Assembly (NCBI GenBank): GCA_040954595.2
Contig: CM082580.2
Span: 610,783 to 674,782, forward strand
DNA length: 64,000 bases
Direction: 5' to 3'
DNA from: Balanoglossus misakiensis
Lineage: Eukaryota > Animalia > Hemichordata
A program made the translations under genes and the position numbers. The first letter of the stretch is position 1, and each line of letters starts with the position of its first letter. Under the pieces are notes generated by a model, which did not search any database, was not told the DNA's origin, and saw nothing but the letters and a program-made list of their open reading frames with translations. Below are positions 1-14,795 of the stretch, one piece after another.

Positions 1-3000
1 TTTTTTGATGATTTTCACCCATGATTTTTTCAAAAATCGACGAAATTTTGAGATTTTGCAAAGTCGAAAATGTGTCATTTTTTGATGATTTTCACCCGGT
101 TTTTTTCAAAATTTGTCATTTTTTGATGATTTTCACCCATGATTTTTTTTCAAAAATCGACGAAATTTTGAGATTTTGCAAAGTCGAAAATGTGTCATTT
201 TTTGATGATTTTCCCCCATGATTTTTTTCAAAAATCGACGAAATTTTGAGATTTTGCAAAGTTGAAAATTTTTCAAAAATCGACGAAATTTATAGATTTT
301 GCAAAGAGGAAAATTTGTCATTTTTTGATGATTTTCACCCATGATTTTTTTCAAAATTGATGAAATTTTGAGTTTTTGCAGTCGAAAATTTGTCATTTTT
401 TGATGATTTTCACCCATATTATTTTTCAAAAACCGACGAAATTTTGAGATTTTGCAAACATGAAAATTTGTCATTTTTTGATGATTTTCACCCATGATTT
501 TTTCAAAAATTGACTAAATTTTGAGATTTTGCAAAGTCGAAAATTTGTCATTTTTTGATGATTTTTCACCCATGATTTTTTTTCAAAAATCGACGAAATT
601 TTGAGATTTTGCAGTCGAAAATTTGTCATTTTTTGATGATTTTCACCCATGATTTTTTCAAAAATCGACGAAATTTTGAGATTTTGCAAAGTCGAAAATT
701 TGTCATTTTTTGATGATTTTCACCCATGTCTTTTTTCAAAAATCGAAAAAATTTTGAGATTTTGCAAAGTCGAAAATTTGTCATTTTTTGATGATTTTCA
801 CCCATGATTTTCTTCAAAAATGGACGAAATTTTGAGATTTTGCAAAGTCGAAAATTTGTCATTTTTTGATGATTTTTCACCCATGATTTTTTTTCAAAAA
901 TCGACGAAATTTTGAGATTTTGCAGTCGAAAATTTGTCATTTTTTGATGATTTTCACCCATGATTTTTTCAAAAATCGACGAAATTTTGAGATTTTGCAA
1001 AGTCGAAAATTTGTCATTTTTTGATGATTTTCACCCATGTTTTTTTTAAAAAAATCGACGTACCTATGATTTTTTTCAAAATCGACGAAATTTTGTGATT
1101 TTGCAAAGTCGAAAATTTTGTCATTTTTTGATGATTTTTAACCATGATTTTTTTTCAAAAATCGACGAAATTTTGAGATTTTGCAAAGTCGAAAATTTTG
1201 TCATTTTTTGATGATTTTCACCCATGATTTTTTTCAAAAATCGACGAAAATTTGAGATTTTGCAAAGATGAAAATTTGTCATTTTTGATGATTTTTACCC
1301 ATAATTTTTTTTCAGAAATGGACGAAATTTTGAGATTTTGCAAAGTCGAAAATGTGTCATTTTTTGATGATTTTCACCCGTTTTTTTTTCAAAATTTGTC
1401 ATTTTTTCATGATTTTCACCCATGATTTTTTTCAAAAATCGACGAAATTTTGAGATTTTGCAAAGTCGAAAATTTGTCATTTTTTGATGATTTTCACCCA
1501 TGATTTTTTTCAAAAATCGACGAAATTTTGAGATTTTGCAAAGTCGAAAATTTGTCATTTTTTGATGATTTTCACCCATGTTTTTTTTAAAAAAATCGAC
1601 GTACCTATGATTTTTTTCAAAATCGACGAAAATTTGAGATTTTGCAAAGATGAAAATTTGTCATTTTTGATGATTTTTACCCATAATTTTTTTTCAGAAA
1701 TGGACGAAATTTTGAGATTTTGCAAAGACGAAAATTTGTCATTTTTTGATGATTTTCACCCATGATTTTTTGTCAAAAATCGACGAAATTTTGAGATTTT
1801 GCAAAGTCGAAAATGTGTCATTTTTTGATGATTTTTACCCATGATTTTTTTCAAAAATCGATGAAATTTTGAGATTTTGCAGTAAAAAAATTGTCATTTT
1901 TTGATGATTTTCAACCATGATTTTTTTTCAAAATTGACGAAATTTTGAGATTTTGCAGTCGAAAATTTGTCATTTTTTGATCATTTTCCCCCATGATTTT
2001 TTTCAAAAATCGACGAAATTTTCAGATTTTGCAAAGTCGAAAATTTGTCATTTTTTCATGATTTTCACCCATGATTTTTTCAAAAATCGACGAAATTTTG
2101 AGATTTTGCAGTCGAAAATTTGTAATTTTTTGATGATTTTCCCCCATGATTTTTTTCAAAAAACGACGAAATTTTGAGATTTTGCAAAGTCGAAAATTTG
2201 TCATTTTTTGATGATTTTCACCCATGATTTTCTTCAAAAATCGACGAAATTTTGAGATTTTGCAAAGTCGAAAATTTGTCATTTTTTGATTATTTTCACC
2301 CATGATTTTTTTCAAAAATCGACGAAATTTTGAGATTTTGCGAAGTCGAAAATTTGTCATTTTTTGATGATTTTCACCCATGATTTTTTTCAAAAATCGA
2401 CGAAATGTTGAGATTTTGCAAAGTCGAAAAATTGTCATTTTTTGATGATTTTCACCCATGATTTTTTTCAAAAATCGACGAAATGTTGAGATTTTGCAAA
2501 GTCGAAAATTTTGTCATTTTTTGATGATTTTCAACCATGATTTTTTTTCAAAAATCGACGAAAATTTGAGATTTTGCAAAGATGAAAATTTGTCATTTTT
2601 GATGATTTTTACCCATAATTTTTTTTCAAAAATGGACGAAATTTTGAGATTTTGCAAAGACGAAAATTTGTCATTTTTTGATGATTTTCACCCATGATTT
2701 TTTTTCAAAAATCGACGAAATTTTAAGATTTTGCAAAGAGGAAAATTTGTCATTTTTTCATGATTTTCCCCCATGATTTTTTTCAAAAATCGACGAAATT
2801 TTGAGATTTTGCAAAGTCGAAAATTTTGTCATTTTTTGATGATTTTCAAACATGATTTTTTTTCAAAAATCGACGAAAATTTGAGATTTTGCAAAGATGA
2901 AAATTTGTCATTTTTGATGATTTTTACCCATAATTTTTTTTCAGAAATGGACGAAATTTTGAGATTTTGCAAAGACGAAAATTTGTCATTTTTTGATGAT

Positions 3001-6000
3001 TTTCACCCATGATTTTTTTTCAAAAATCGACGAAATTTTGAGATTTTGCAAAGTCGAAAATGTGTCATTTTTTGATGATTTTTACCCATGATTTTTTTTC
3101 AAAAATGGACGAAATTTTGAGATTTTGCAAAGTCGAAAATTTGTTATTTTTTGATGATTTTCACCCATGTCTTTTTTTAAAAATCGACGAAATTTTGAGA
3201 TTTTGCAAAGAGGAAAATTTGTCATTTTTTTCATGATTTTCCCCCATGATTTTTTTCAAAAATCGACGAAATTTTGAGATTTTGCAAAGTCGAAAATTTG
3301 TCATTTTTTGATAATTTTCACCCATGTCTTTTTTCAAAAATCGAAAAAATTTTGAGATTTTGCAAAGTCGAAAATTTGTCATTTTTTGATGATTTTCACC
3401 CATGATTTTCTTCAAAAATTGACGAAATTTTGAGATTTTGCAAAGTCGAAAATTTGTCATTTTTTGATGATTTTCACCTATGATTTTTTTCAAAAATCAA
3501 CAAAATTTTGAGATTTTGCAAAGTCGAAAATTTGTCATTTTTTTGATGATTTTCACCCATGATTTTTTTCAAAAATCGACGAAATTTTGAGATTTTGCAA
3601 AGAGGAAAATTTGTCATTTTTTTCATGATTTTCCCCCATGATTTTTTTCAAAAATCGACGAAATTTTGAGATTTTGCAAAGTCGAAAATTTGTCATTTTT
3701 TGATGATTTTCACCCATGTCTTTTTTCAAAAATCGAAAAAATTTTGAGGTTTTGCAAAGTCGAAAATTTGTCATTTTTTGATGATTTTCACCCATGATTT
3801 TCTTCAAAAATCGACGAAATGTTGAGATTTCGCAAAGTCGAAAAATTGTCATTTTTTGATGATTTTCACCCATGATTTTTTTCAAAAATCGACGAAATGT
3901 TGAGATTTTGCAAAGTCGAAAATTTTGTCATTTTTTGATGATTTTCAACCATGATTTTTTTTCAAAAATCGACGAAAATTTGAGATTTTGCAAAGATGAA
4001 AATTTGTCATTTTTGATGATTTTTACCCATAATTTTTTTTCAGAAATGGACGAAATTTTGAGATTTTGCAAAGTCGAAAATGGACGAAATTTTGAGATTT
4101 TGCAAAGACGAAAATTTGTCATTTTTTGATGATTTTCACCCATGATTTTTTCAAAAATTGACGAAATTTTGAGATTTTGCAAAGTCGAAAATTTGTCATT
4201 TTTTGATGATTTTCACACATGATTTTTTTCAAAAATCGACGAAATTGTGAGATTTTGCAAAGACGAAAATTTGTCATTTTTTGATGATTTTTACCCATGA
4301 TTTTTTTTCAAAAATGGACGAAATTTTGAGATTTTGCAAAGTCGAAAATTTGTTATTTTTTGATGATTTTCACCCATGTCTTTTTTTAAAAATCGACGAA
4401 ATTTTGAGATTTTGCAGAGGAAAATTTGTCATTTTTTCATGATTTTCCCCCATGATTTTTTTAAAAAATCGACGAAATTTTGAGATTTTGCAAAGTCGAC
4501 GAAAATGTGTCATTTTTTGATGATTTTCACCCGTTTTTTTTTCAAAATTTGTCATTTTTTCATGATTTTCACCCATGATTTTTTTTCAAAAATCGACGAA
4601 ATTTTGAGATTTTGCAAAGTCGTAAATGTGTCATTTTTTGATGATTTTCACCAGTTTTTTTTTTTCAAAATTTGTCATTTTTTGATGATTTTCACACATG
4701 ATTTTTTTCAAAAAACGACGAAATTTTGAGATTTTGCAAAGAGGAAAATTTGTCATTTTTTCATGATTTTCACCCATGATTTTTTTCAAAAATCGACGAA
4801 ATTTTGAGATTTTGCAAAGAGGAAAATTTGTCATTTTTTCATGATTTTCCCCCATGATTTTTTTTCAAAAATCGACGAAAATTTGAGATTTTGCAAAGAC
4901 GAAAATTTGTCATTTTTGATGATTTTTACCCATGATTTTTTTTCAAAAATGGACGAAATTTTGAGATTTTGCAAAGACGAAAATTTGTCATTTTTTGATG
5001 ATTTTCACCAATGATTTTTTTTCAAAAAACGACGAAATTTTGAGATTTTGCAGAGGAAAATGTGTCATTTTTTGATGATTTTCACCCATGTTTTTTTTTT
5101 AAAAATCGACGAACCTATGATTTTTTTCAAAATCGACGAAATTTTGTGATTTTACAAAGTCGAAAATTTTGTCATTTTTTGATGATTTTCAACCATGATT
5201 TTTTTTCAAAAATCGACGAAAATTTGAGATTTTGCAAAGACGAAAATTTGTCATTTTTGATGATTTTTACCCATGATTTTTTTTCAAAAATGGACGAAAT
5301 TTTGAGATTTTGCAAAGACGAAAATTTGTCATTTTTTTGATGATTTTCACCCATGATTTTTTTTCAAAAATCGACGAAATTTTGAGATTTTGCAGAGAGG
5401 AAAATTTGTCATTTTTTCATGATTTTCCCCCATGATTTTTTTCAAAAATCGACGAAATTTTGAGATTTTGCAAAGTCGAAAATTTGTCATTTTTTGATGA
5501 TTTTCACCCATGATTTTTTTCAAAAATTGACGAAATGTTGAGATTTTGCAAAGTCGAAAATTTGTCATTTTTTGATGATTTTCACCCATGATTTTTTTCA
5601 AAAATGGACGAAATTTTGAGATTTTGCAAAGACGAAAATTTGTCATTTTTTGATGATTTTCACCCATGATTTTTTTTCAAAAATCGACGAAATTTTAAGA
5701 TTTTGCAAAGAGGAAAATTTGTCATTTTTTCATGATTTTCCCCCATGATTTTTTTCAAAAATCGACGAAATTTTGAGATTTTGCAAAGTCGAAAATTTTG
5801 TCATTTTTTGATGATTTTCAACCATGATTTTTTTTTCAAAAATCGACGAAAATTTGAGATTTTGCAAAGATGAAAATTTGTCATTTTTGATGATTTTTAC
5901 CCATAATTTTTTTTCAGAAATGGACGAAATTTTGAGATTTTGCAAAGACGAAAATTTGTCATTTTTTGATGATTTTCACCCATGATTTTTTTTCAAAAAT

Positions 6001-9000
6001 CGACGAAATTTTGAGATTTTGCAAAGTCGAAAATGTGTCATTTTTTGATGATTTTTACCCATGATTTTTTTTCAAAAATGGACGAAATTTTGAGATTTTG
6101 CAAAGTCGAAAATTTGTTATTTTTTGATGATTTTCACCCATGTCTTTTTTTAAAAATCGACGAAATGTTGAGATTTTGCAAAGAGGAAAATTTGTCATTT
6201 TTTTCATGATTTTCCCCCATGATTTTTTTCAAAAATCGACGAAATTTTGAGATTTTGCAAAGTCGAAAATTTGTCATTTTTTGATGATTTTCACCCATGT
6301 CTTTTTTCAAAAATCGAAAAAATTTTGAGATTTTGCAAAGTCGAAAATTTGTCATTTTTTGATGATTTTCACCCATGATTTTCTTCAAAAATCGACGAAA
6401 TTTTGAGATTTTGCAAAGTCGAAAATTTGTCATTTTTTGATGATTTTCACCTATGATTTTTTTCAAAAATCAACAAAATTTTGAGATTTTGCAAAGTCGA
6501 AAATTTGTCATTTTTTTGATGATTTTCACCCATGATTTTTTTCAAAAATCGACGAAATTTTGAGATTTTGCAAAGAGGAAAATTTGTCATTTTTTTCATG
6601 ATTTTCCCCCATGATTTTTTTCAAAAATCGACGAAATTTTGAGATTTTGCAAAGTCGAAAATTTGTCATTTTTTGATGATTTTCACCCATGTCTTTTTTC
6701 AAAAATCGAAAAAAATTTGAGGTTTTGCAAAGTCGAAAATTTGTCATTTTTTGATGATTTTCACCCATGATTTTCTTCAAAAATCGACGAAATGTTGAGA
6801 TTTCGCAAAGTCGAAAAATTGTCATTTTTTGATGATTTTCACCCATGATTTTTTTCAAAAATCGACGAAATGTTGAGATTTTGCAAAGTCGAAAATTTTG
6901 TCATTTTTTGATGATTTTCAACCATGATTTTTTTTCAAAAATCGACGAAAATTTGAGATTTTGCAAAGATGAAAATTTGTCATTTTTGATGATTTTTACC
7001 CATAATTTTTTTTCAGAAATGGACGAAATTTTGAGATTTTGCAAAGTCGAAAATGGACGAAATTTTGAGATTTTGCAAAGACGAAAATTTGTCATTTTTT
7101 GATGATTTTCACCCATGATTTTTTCAAAAATTGACGAAATTTTGAGATTTTGCAAAGTCGAAAATTTGTCATTTTTTGATGATTTTCACACATGATTTTT
7201 TTCAAAAATCGACGAAATTGTGAGATTTTGCAAAGACGAAAATTTGTCATTTTTTGATGATTTTTACCCATGATTTTTTTTCAAAAATGGACGAAATTTT
7301 GAGATTTTGCAAAGTCGAAAATTTGTTATTTTTTGATGATTTTCACCCATGTCTTTTTTTAAAAATCGACGAAATTTTGAGATTTTGCAGAGGAAAATTT
7401 GTCATTTTTTCATGATTTTCCCCCATGATTTTTTTAAAAAATCGACGAAATTTTGAGATTTTGCAAAGTCGACGAAAATGTGTCATTTTTTGATGATTTT
7501 CACCCGTTTTTTTTTCAAAATTTGTCATTTTTTCATGATTTTCACCCATGATTTTTTTTCAAAAATCGACGAAATTTTGAGATTTTGCAAAGTCGTAAAT
7601 GTGTCATTTTTTGATGATTTTCACCAGTTTTTTTTTTTCAAAATTTGTCATTTTTTGATGATTTTCACACATGATTTTTTTCAAAAAACGACGAAATTTT
7701 GAGATTTTGCAAAGAGGAAAATTTGTCATTTTTTCATGATTTTCACCCATGATTTTTTTCAAAAATCGACGAAATTTTGAGATTTTGCAAAGAGGAAAAT
7801 TTGTCATTTTTTCATGATTTTCCCCCATGATTTTTTTTCAAAAATCGACGAAAATTTGAGATTTTGCAAAGACGAAAATTTGTCATTTTTGATGATTTTT
7901 ACCCATGATTTTTTTTCAAAAATGGACGAAATTTTGAGATTTTGCAAAGACGAAAATTTGTCATTTTTTGATGATTTTCACCAATGATTTTTTTTCAAAA
8001 AACGACGAAATTTTGAGATTTTGCAGAGGAAAATGTGTCATTTTTTGATGATTTTCACCCATGTTTTTTTTTTAAAAATCGACGAACCTATGATTTTTTT
8101 CAAAATCGACGAAATTTTGTGATTTTACAAAGTCGAAAATTTTGTCATTTTTTGATGATTTTCAACCATGATTTTTTTTCAAAAATCGACGAAAATTTGA
8201 GATTTTGCAAAGACGAAAATTTGTCATTTTTGATGATTTTTACCCATGATTTTTTTTCAAAAATGGACGAAATTTTGAGATTTTGCAAAGACGAAAATTT
8301 GTCATTTTTTTGATGATTTTCACCCATGATTTTTTTTCAAAAATCGACGAAATTTTGAGATTTTGCAGAGAGGAAAATTTGTCATTTTTTCATGATTTTC
8401 CCCCATGATTTTTTTCAAAAATCGACGAAATTTTGAGATTTTGCAAAGTCGAAAATTTGTCATTTTTTGATGATTTTCACCCATGATTTTTTTCAAAAAT
8501 TGACGAAATGTTGAGATTTTGCAAAGTCGAAAATTTGTCATTTTTTGATGATTTTCACCCATGATTTTTTTCAAAAATGGACGAAATTTTGAGATTTTGC
8601 AAAGACGAAAATTTGTCATTTTTTGATGATTTTCACCCATGATTTTTTTTCAAAAATCGACGAAATTTTAAGATTTTGCAAAGAGGAAAATTTGTCATTT
8701 TTTCATGATTTTCCCCCATGATTTTTTTCAAAAATCGACGAAATTTTGAGATTTTGCAAAGTCGAAAATTTTGTCATTTTTTGATGATTTTCAACCATGA
8801 TTTTTTTTCAAAAATCGACGAAAATTTGAGATTTTGCAAAGATGAAAATTTGTCATTTTTGATGATTTTTACCCATAATTTTTTTTCAGAAATGGACGAA
8901 ATTTTGAGATTTTGCAAAGACGAAAATTTGTCATTTTTTGATGATTTTCACCCATGATTTTTTTTCAAAAATCGACGAAATTTTGAGATTTTGCAAAGTC

Positions 9001-9710
9001 GAAAATGTGTCATTTTTTGATGATTTTTACCCATGATTTTTTTTCAAAAATGGACGAAATTTTGAGATTTTGCAAAGTCGAAAATTTGTTATTTTTTGAT
9101 GATTTTCACCCATGTCTTTTTTTAAAAATCGACGAAATTTTGAGATTTTGCAAAGAGGAAAATTTGTCATTTTTTTCATGATTTTCCCCCATGATTTTTT
9201 TCAAAAATCGACGAAATTTTGAGATTTTGCAAAGTCGAAAATTTGTCATTTTTTGATGATTTTCACCCATGTCTTTTTTCAAAAATCGAAAAAATTTTGA
9301 GATTTTGCAAAGTCGAAAATTTGTCATTTTTTGATGATTTTCACCCATGATTTTCTTCAAAAATCGACGAAATTTTGAGATTTTGCAAAGTCGAAAATTT
9401 GTCATTTTTTGATGATTTTCACCTATGATTTTTTTCAAAAATCAACAAAATTTTGAGATTTTGCAAAGTCGAAAATTTGTCATTTTTTTGATGATTTTCA
9501 CCCATGATTTTTTTCAAAAATCGACGAAATTTTGAGATTTTGCAAAGTCGAAAATTTGTCATTTTTTGATGATTTTCACCCATGATTTTTTTCAAAATTG
9601 ACGAAATTTTGAGATTTTGCAAAGTCGAAAATTTCTCATTTTTTGATGCATTTTCACCCATGATTTTTTTTCAAAAAACGACGAAATTTTGAGATTTTGC
9701 AAAGTCGAAA
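1..9710. repeat. AT-rich satellite array, ~78-bp monomer, with ~2973-bp higher-order repeat
   Basis: Monomer cccatgattttttt-caaaaatcgacgaaattttgagattttgcaaagtcgaaaatttgtcattttttgatgattttca is repeated continuously (26-aa period in the ORF track). Near-identical ORFs recur at 3161/6134/9106 and 4370/7343, i.e. 2972-2973 bp apart. The array ends abruptly at ...aaagtcgaaa 9710. Confidence 0.97.
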
Positions 9711-11234
9711 ACAAGCATCGTCCGATTCGAATTCGACTCGTCATCGGTAGCTTTGTTTATTTCGCCCTTGGAGACCTCCCCTGGCCTCGTTAGGATGACT
9801 GTTACCAGGACTACCTTAAACCAATCTTTTCGAACCGGACGGTACACACGTCATGTCTTTGTTAATTGTCCAGGTACCAGAGTGTACGTGTGGGCTCCCT
9901 AAACCACTCATTGGCGGCCGGTCCCTGTCCGAATAAACACGTTTGACAGACAAAAAATGATGAACAAGTGGCTTATTTCAATACTTCGTTAACTAGACGG
10001 CTGAACTCTGAATGTTGATTCAGCAAAAAAAATGTGTTTACGGCAAGGTTTCGATCAATACGACACATTTACCATTGAAAACGCCCAAAGTAAGTGGGGG
10101 CGTTTGACCAAAACCACGCCCAGGTGCATGTGAACGGCCGAAGCAGTGTAACGTTTCACATTCCGTGCAACGTCCGACACTGTGTGAAAGCGGTTGCTGT
10201 CGGGTGGCTTGACCTAATTTTCGTACATTGATATGCATTTGACACCTCACTACCTGTTTTCTCAATATTGCTAAAACTTTGCGTTGAAATATCACTGAAA
10301 TGTTGATGATCCACGCACAAGTCGTCTACCCCGGCATGAAAAGCGTCTTATACAAGAAAACTAATTGCACATGACCACCAAGGTCATACCGCAAGGTGTG
10401 TCTAAATGTCAAGGAAGGACACTTGGGTCAAGAACGACCATGACGGAGGAAAAACCGACAAGTCATTGTGTAACCTGTTTACTTGCCAATAGTCAAACGT
10501 CAAAATTTACTCTCAACTTGGTTGCAGATCGAGTCTCCCGAATTTCCAACTTTTATGATTGGGTAAATACCGATATGCGACTGGTATGCGACGCGTTGAC
10601 GACGCGAAGATTTTGTTGAAATCAAATGGTTTGTCAAATGTCATCTCACACTGGAGATACCGTGGTCATCTGACATGAAAGGGTTCGATTGGGTCTGACC
10701 GCCGTCGTTCATCCATGCTTAGAAAGCGGCGATCATGGTACAAAGTAAAACCAAGGTCAAACCTTACTGAACACATGTATTGCATGGGGAAACTTTTCTC
10801 CCTGTCTGTGTACTGAACACGTACCGTGATTGCCATAGTTACAAACGTTACCACGTGAGAGAGATTGCATTTTACATCTGTCTTTTCAATTTTGTTGCTT
10901 TCTTACTATTCGGAATGATGGAGTCGAAACGAAAACTTTTTGCTTCAGGTGGACCTAGGGGAAATACCTTATTTGTGACTTTTTTCATGACCCTAAAAAG
11001 ACGTCGGAATTAATGTGGCTGAGGTCACTCAGGACGACGGAATGGTTGAGCGATTTTATTTTATGAGCTCCCACTAGTATTTGTTTTATTGTTTCGGCAG
11101 TGTGCCGCGTTATTCGAGCAATCTGCAATCTGAAAACGAACGGTTTTCAAAGTTTATAACAGAAGAAGAGGGGTTTAAGCATGAAAGGTCCTTTTGTCTC
11201 CCTCGCTGTGTTTGTGTCACTGTGTCTTTGACGT

Positions 11235-11430
11235 CTGACTGACTGATTAACTGGCTGACTGACTTACTGACTGTCTGTCAACGTCTGTCTGTCTGACTGT
11301 CTGCCCCCTCTCTCTGAGAGAGAGAGTGAGCGAGCGAGCGAGCGACCGGTGAGTGTCTCTACTGATGAATGTTGCTCTGTCTGTCTGCTTGTGTCTGTCT
11401 GCCACTCTGCCTGTTTCACTCTGTCTCTCC
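11235..11430. repeat. Compound microsatellite (CTGA/CTGT/GA/GAGC)n
   Basis: Visible runs of ctgactgact, ctgtctgtct, gagagaga and gagcgagcgagc. Confidence 0.8.
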
Positions 11431-12206
11431 TAATTTCTTTAAAATTAGGAATATGCTATTAATGCGATATGAAAGTCAGACACGACGGAAACCTTTTATT
11501 CTCAAAACTGTCTGTTGTTTGCTGTTAAATATTGCAAAAGGTTAAGGGCCCTTTTCGCACGAGACACATGGCTTTGCAGCCGTAGCTCCCAATGTCATAA
11601 CGATTACCCGAACTACCCTAATTTTAGCCCGCCGACCCAAAACAGTTTAGATCTTCGCAAACCGGAAGTAAAAATAACGATGTCAAATATAAAACAATTC
11701 ATGAAAATTGCGAGAATCACGCAAGAACTATGATGTCATTCTTCTACACTACGACGGCCAAAGATATAAAAAAAATTGAAAAATAAAAAAATGTCCCTTT
11801 CTACCTACAATATTTTTGAAAACCATGTAATTGGAATAGCACATATTAGTTTTTTTGGCCTGAGACATATCCAATTTCCCAACTGAACATGACACGTGAT
11901 CAAGCATTTTCGACTTATCAGATGCAATCGCTGAACACCTCACACTGAGCGAGGTTTTGTCTGTCTTTATACGCGCCCTTTGTATTTGTGCGTGACATGT
12001 CCAAGCCTTGTTAGGAACTCCCGTAAAATTCTACTCAAATGATGTATACTTTCATACTTACGACTGACAGGTATTTTCAGCGTTGCCAGCTGATTGTTTG
12101 TCAGGTACCGCTTTATAACAAGACGCCCCTCTGAGTTGATAACCTGCAATGTAACATCATTCAATTGGTCTAGTCATGTTAGCATTAGTAAAATGCTTCA
12201 AAAGTG

Positions 12207-12505
12207 TTAAAGGGACATGATACAAGACACCGTTTATGTTAGTGAATGAACGTTCAACCACACACAACTTCCATCCGGCTTGTATGATACGAGAGTAAAA
12301 ACTCGCCCGAAATGAATAAATGGTAGAGACCGTTTATTCATTTTGGCTACTTTTTAAAACTCTCGTGTCTATACAAGCGGGGTGGAAGGTGTGTATGGTT
12401 GAACGTTGATTCACTATATCCACATGTAGAATAATATAAACGCAGTCTTGTATCAAACATAATTAATGGAAAAAGGGCAGCGAGAGAGAGACTTTGTCCC
12501 TTTAA
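12207..12505. mobile_element. Palindromic TTAA-targeting MITE (Kolobok-like), family A copy 1
   Basis: ttaa-AGGGACA...TGTCCCT-ttaa termini and an internal hairpin. Homologous to the copies at 13136-13463 and 34212-34566. Confidence 0.85.
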
Positions 12506-12769
12506 TGAATACAGCCACAATGTTCTGTTTATATCTACTGACGGACCAGGCATGGATTGTCACGTATAATTCTTTGAAACGTTTGGTCCTCTGAAGAAAT
12601 CTGAGCACTCATCTACTCAGTTTGCTTATTTTGTCTTCCTCCACCAGTCAGTGGTATCGTCCGATTTGATACTCCACTCTAAGCCTCTTTCTGAATGGCT
12701 CTTTAAGTTGTGATCTGTAAGTCTTAAACCTTTCATCATCCCCCCCCCCCCCGTTTACTCTTTAGAGGT

Positions 12770-13139
12770 CGTCAACTGGTAAACTGTGCGCCTGTGTCTC
12801 TTCCCATAGGAGTACATGGAGAATAGTTAGAAAACTCACTTCTACTATTGTCATTTTCATGAAATTTTACACATAGCTCCGACAAATCAAAATAAATTCA
12901 TCACGCTCTATTTTGAGATAAACTTTGTTCAATATTGTATCCATAGACAAACCATTGGTAGAAAATGCTGACCGTTAGCAGTTTTCTTCAATTGTCGACT
13001 AAATTCACGGCCTTGTTTAAAGTCGAAAACAAGTGCAGTGACCCAAAATGGATTTTCATTATACATACAAATCAGAAACGAAAATTCACGATTAAAAGAA
13101 ATGACAATGCTTTCAATTTTACTGATCGTACATCCTTAA
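12770..13139. mobile_element. Partial TTAA MITE, family B (related to 21873-22822)
   Basis: Ends cgtacatcc-ttaa like 22810-22822. Shares ttcccatagg...tctactattg...ttttgagataaa with 21919-22068. Confidence 0.6.
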
Positions 13140-13463
13140 CTCGCTGCCCTTTTCCATGTTTGATACAAAACACCGTTTATATTAATGTAAATGTGGATAT
13201 ATAGTGATGCAACGTTCAACCGCACACACCTTCTATCCCGCATGTAGACACGAGAGCGAAAACTCGCAAAACTGAAAAATCGGTCTCTACCATTAATTCA
13301 TTTTGGGCGAGTTTTTACTCTCATATCATACAAGCAGGATGGAAGTTGTGTGTGGTTGAACGTTCATTCACTACATATACACATGCCCATTAATATAAAC
13401 GGTGTCTTGTATCAAACATAATTAATAGAAAAGGGCGACGAGGGAGAGAGTTTGTCCCTTTAA
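13136..13463. mobile_element. Palindromic TTAA MITE, family A copy 2
   Basis: Same palindromic body as copy 1 and ends tttgtccct-ttaa. The left end is truncated at a TTAA shared with the preceding element. Confidence 0.8.
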
Positions 13464-14795
13464 GGCGACATGATGCATGAAGTGGCGAGAGATAAACGCG
13501 GCTGACCACCGCATTAAACACTGTCAAGCAAGGCACTTCAAATGCCAATTGTTTAAGTGTGTACTAAGTAATAGGTTCATGTACCATGGGGGGGGGGGGG
13601 GGGTCAAATCACAACAGTTGGACATGTACGAATATGAAGAGACGATATCAGTTTGTTCATGTCTTCCTTTAGTAAAAAATCTTTTTTGAACTTTGTATAG
13701 AATTCATTGAACTTTACTTTAGCTTATGAACTCTCATTTGCACATCGTCATCTTGAAATTGTGTCGACTTTATCATAAGGTTTTTATCACTCAACTAGGT
13801 CGCAAAACCTATTTAAGTTAGTGAGAATAGGACGTTCACCTTTTGGGTTGATGGCTACAGCCGTTAATCCTGACTCATACACATGTTGCAGCCAGTATAC
13901 TCTGCAGACATTGGACACAATAGTTTTACGAACCATTAAATTTTATTGGACCATCAAGTTTATTGACCCATGACGTTCATATAGATTTTATGACACGACT
14001 GACGCTATAATCGGTCCTTACCTTTGGCGAGCCAAGTGTTTTATAACATCATAAGATATTAATACCTATCACCCAGTCAAACGATTTCAAGTTATAAAAT
14101 TTCCACGCCAATAGGACGCCTTTAGGTGGAAATGCAACCAGGTATCCTAAATAGGAAAATATTCCGGGTATCTGTCAAGTTTAGTCCCATATTTAGGGGA
14201 CCAAGAGCCCTCAGGCGCTTGGTCCCCTTCTGTTATTGCTGGAGTTTGTCTTCTTTCTTCTTGAGTCGTTTTTTTGCGCCCGTTTTTCTCTGAAATTCCG
14301 GCAGGTGCGCCTCCAAATTTGGCACGGTGGTTGGGGCCCATGAGTACTGGTGCACCTGCCCTTTGAATTTGTAATTAGTCACGTGACTTTGTGGCTATAA
14401 TCGAGCGAAATTTTCAAATTGACCTAATTTGCACGTTAATGGGGGCATGTACATTCTTTTCGCGATTTTTGTAGACCATGTGGCCAAAATCCCCTGTGCC
14501 AAATTTCAAGGTCCTAGGCCACGTCGATTTTGAGAAGAAGATTTTTGTAATATTTTTTCGCATTTTTTGGTGGGCTGAGGACGGACACTGGGGCATCGGA
14601 CTTTGACCGTCATTACGTAATGTTGTGGAGATCTCATTAGCAGGCTACTCACTTCTGGCGGGTTGCAGTAGTCCTTGGAAAATCGGCTGAAATACGTAAA
14701 CAGACCAGTGATTATTTTCCACGGAATGAATTTTGGGACAACACATTATCGGAGTTCAGGCTGTGTTAGGGCGTTTTATTGAATTACGCTGAGTT

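Noticed and set aside
21-9661. Numerous 60-150-aa ORFs (MGENHQKMTNFRLCK...)
   Set aside because: Translations of a 78-bp satellite, constantly frameshifted by T-run length changes.
9711-11230. Short ORFs in the unique sequence next to the satellite
   Set aside because: No motifs, homology or convincing splice structure visible by eye.
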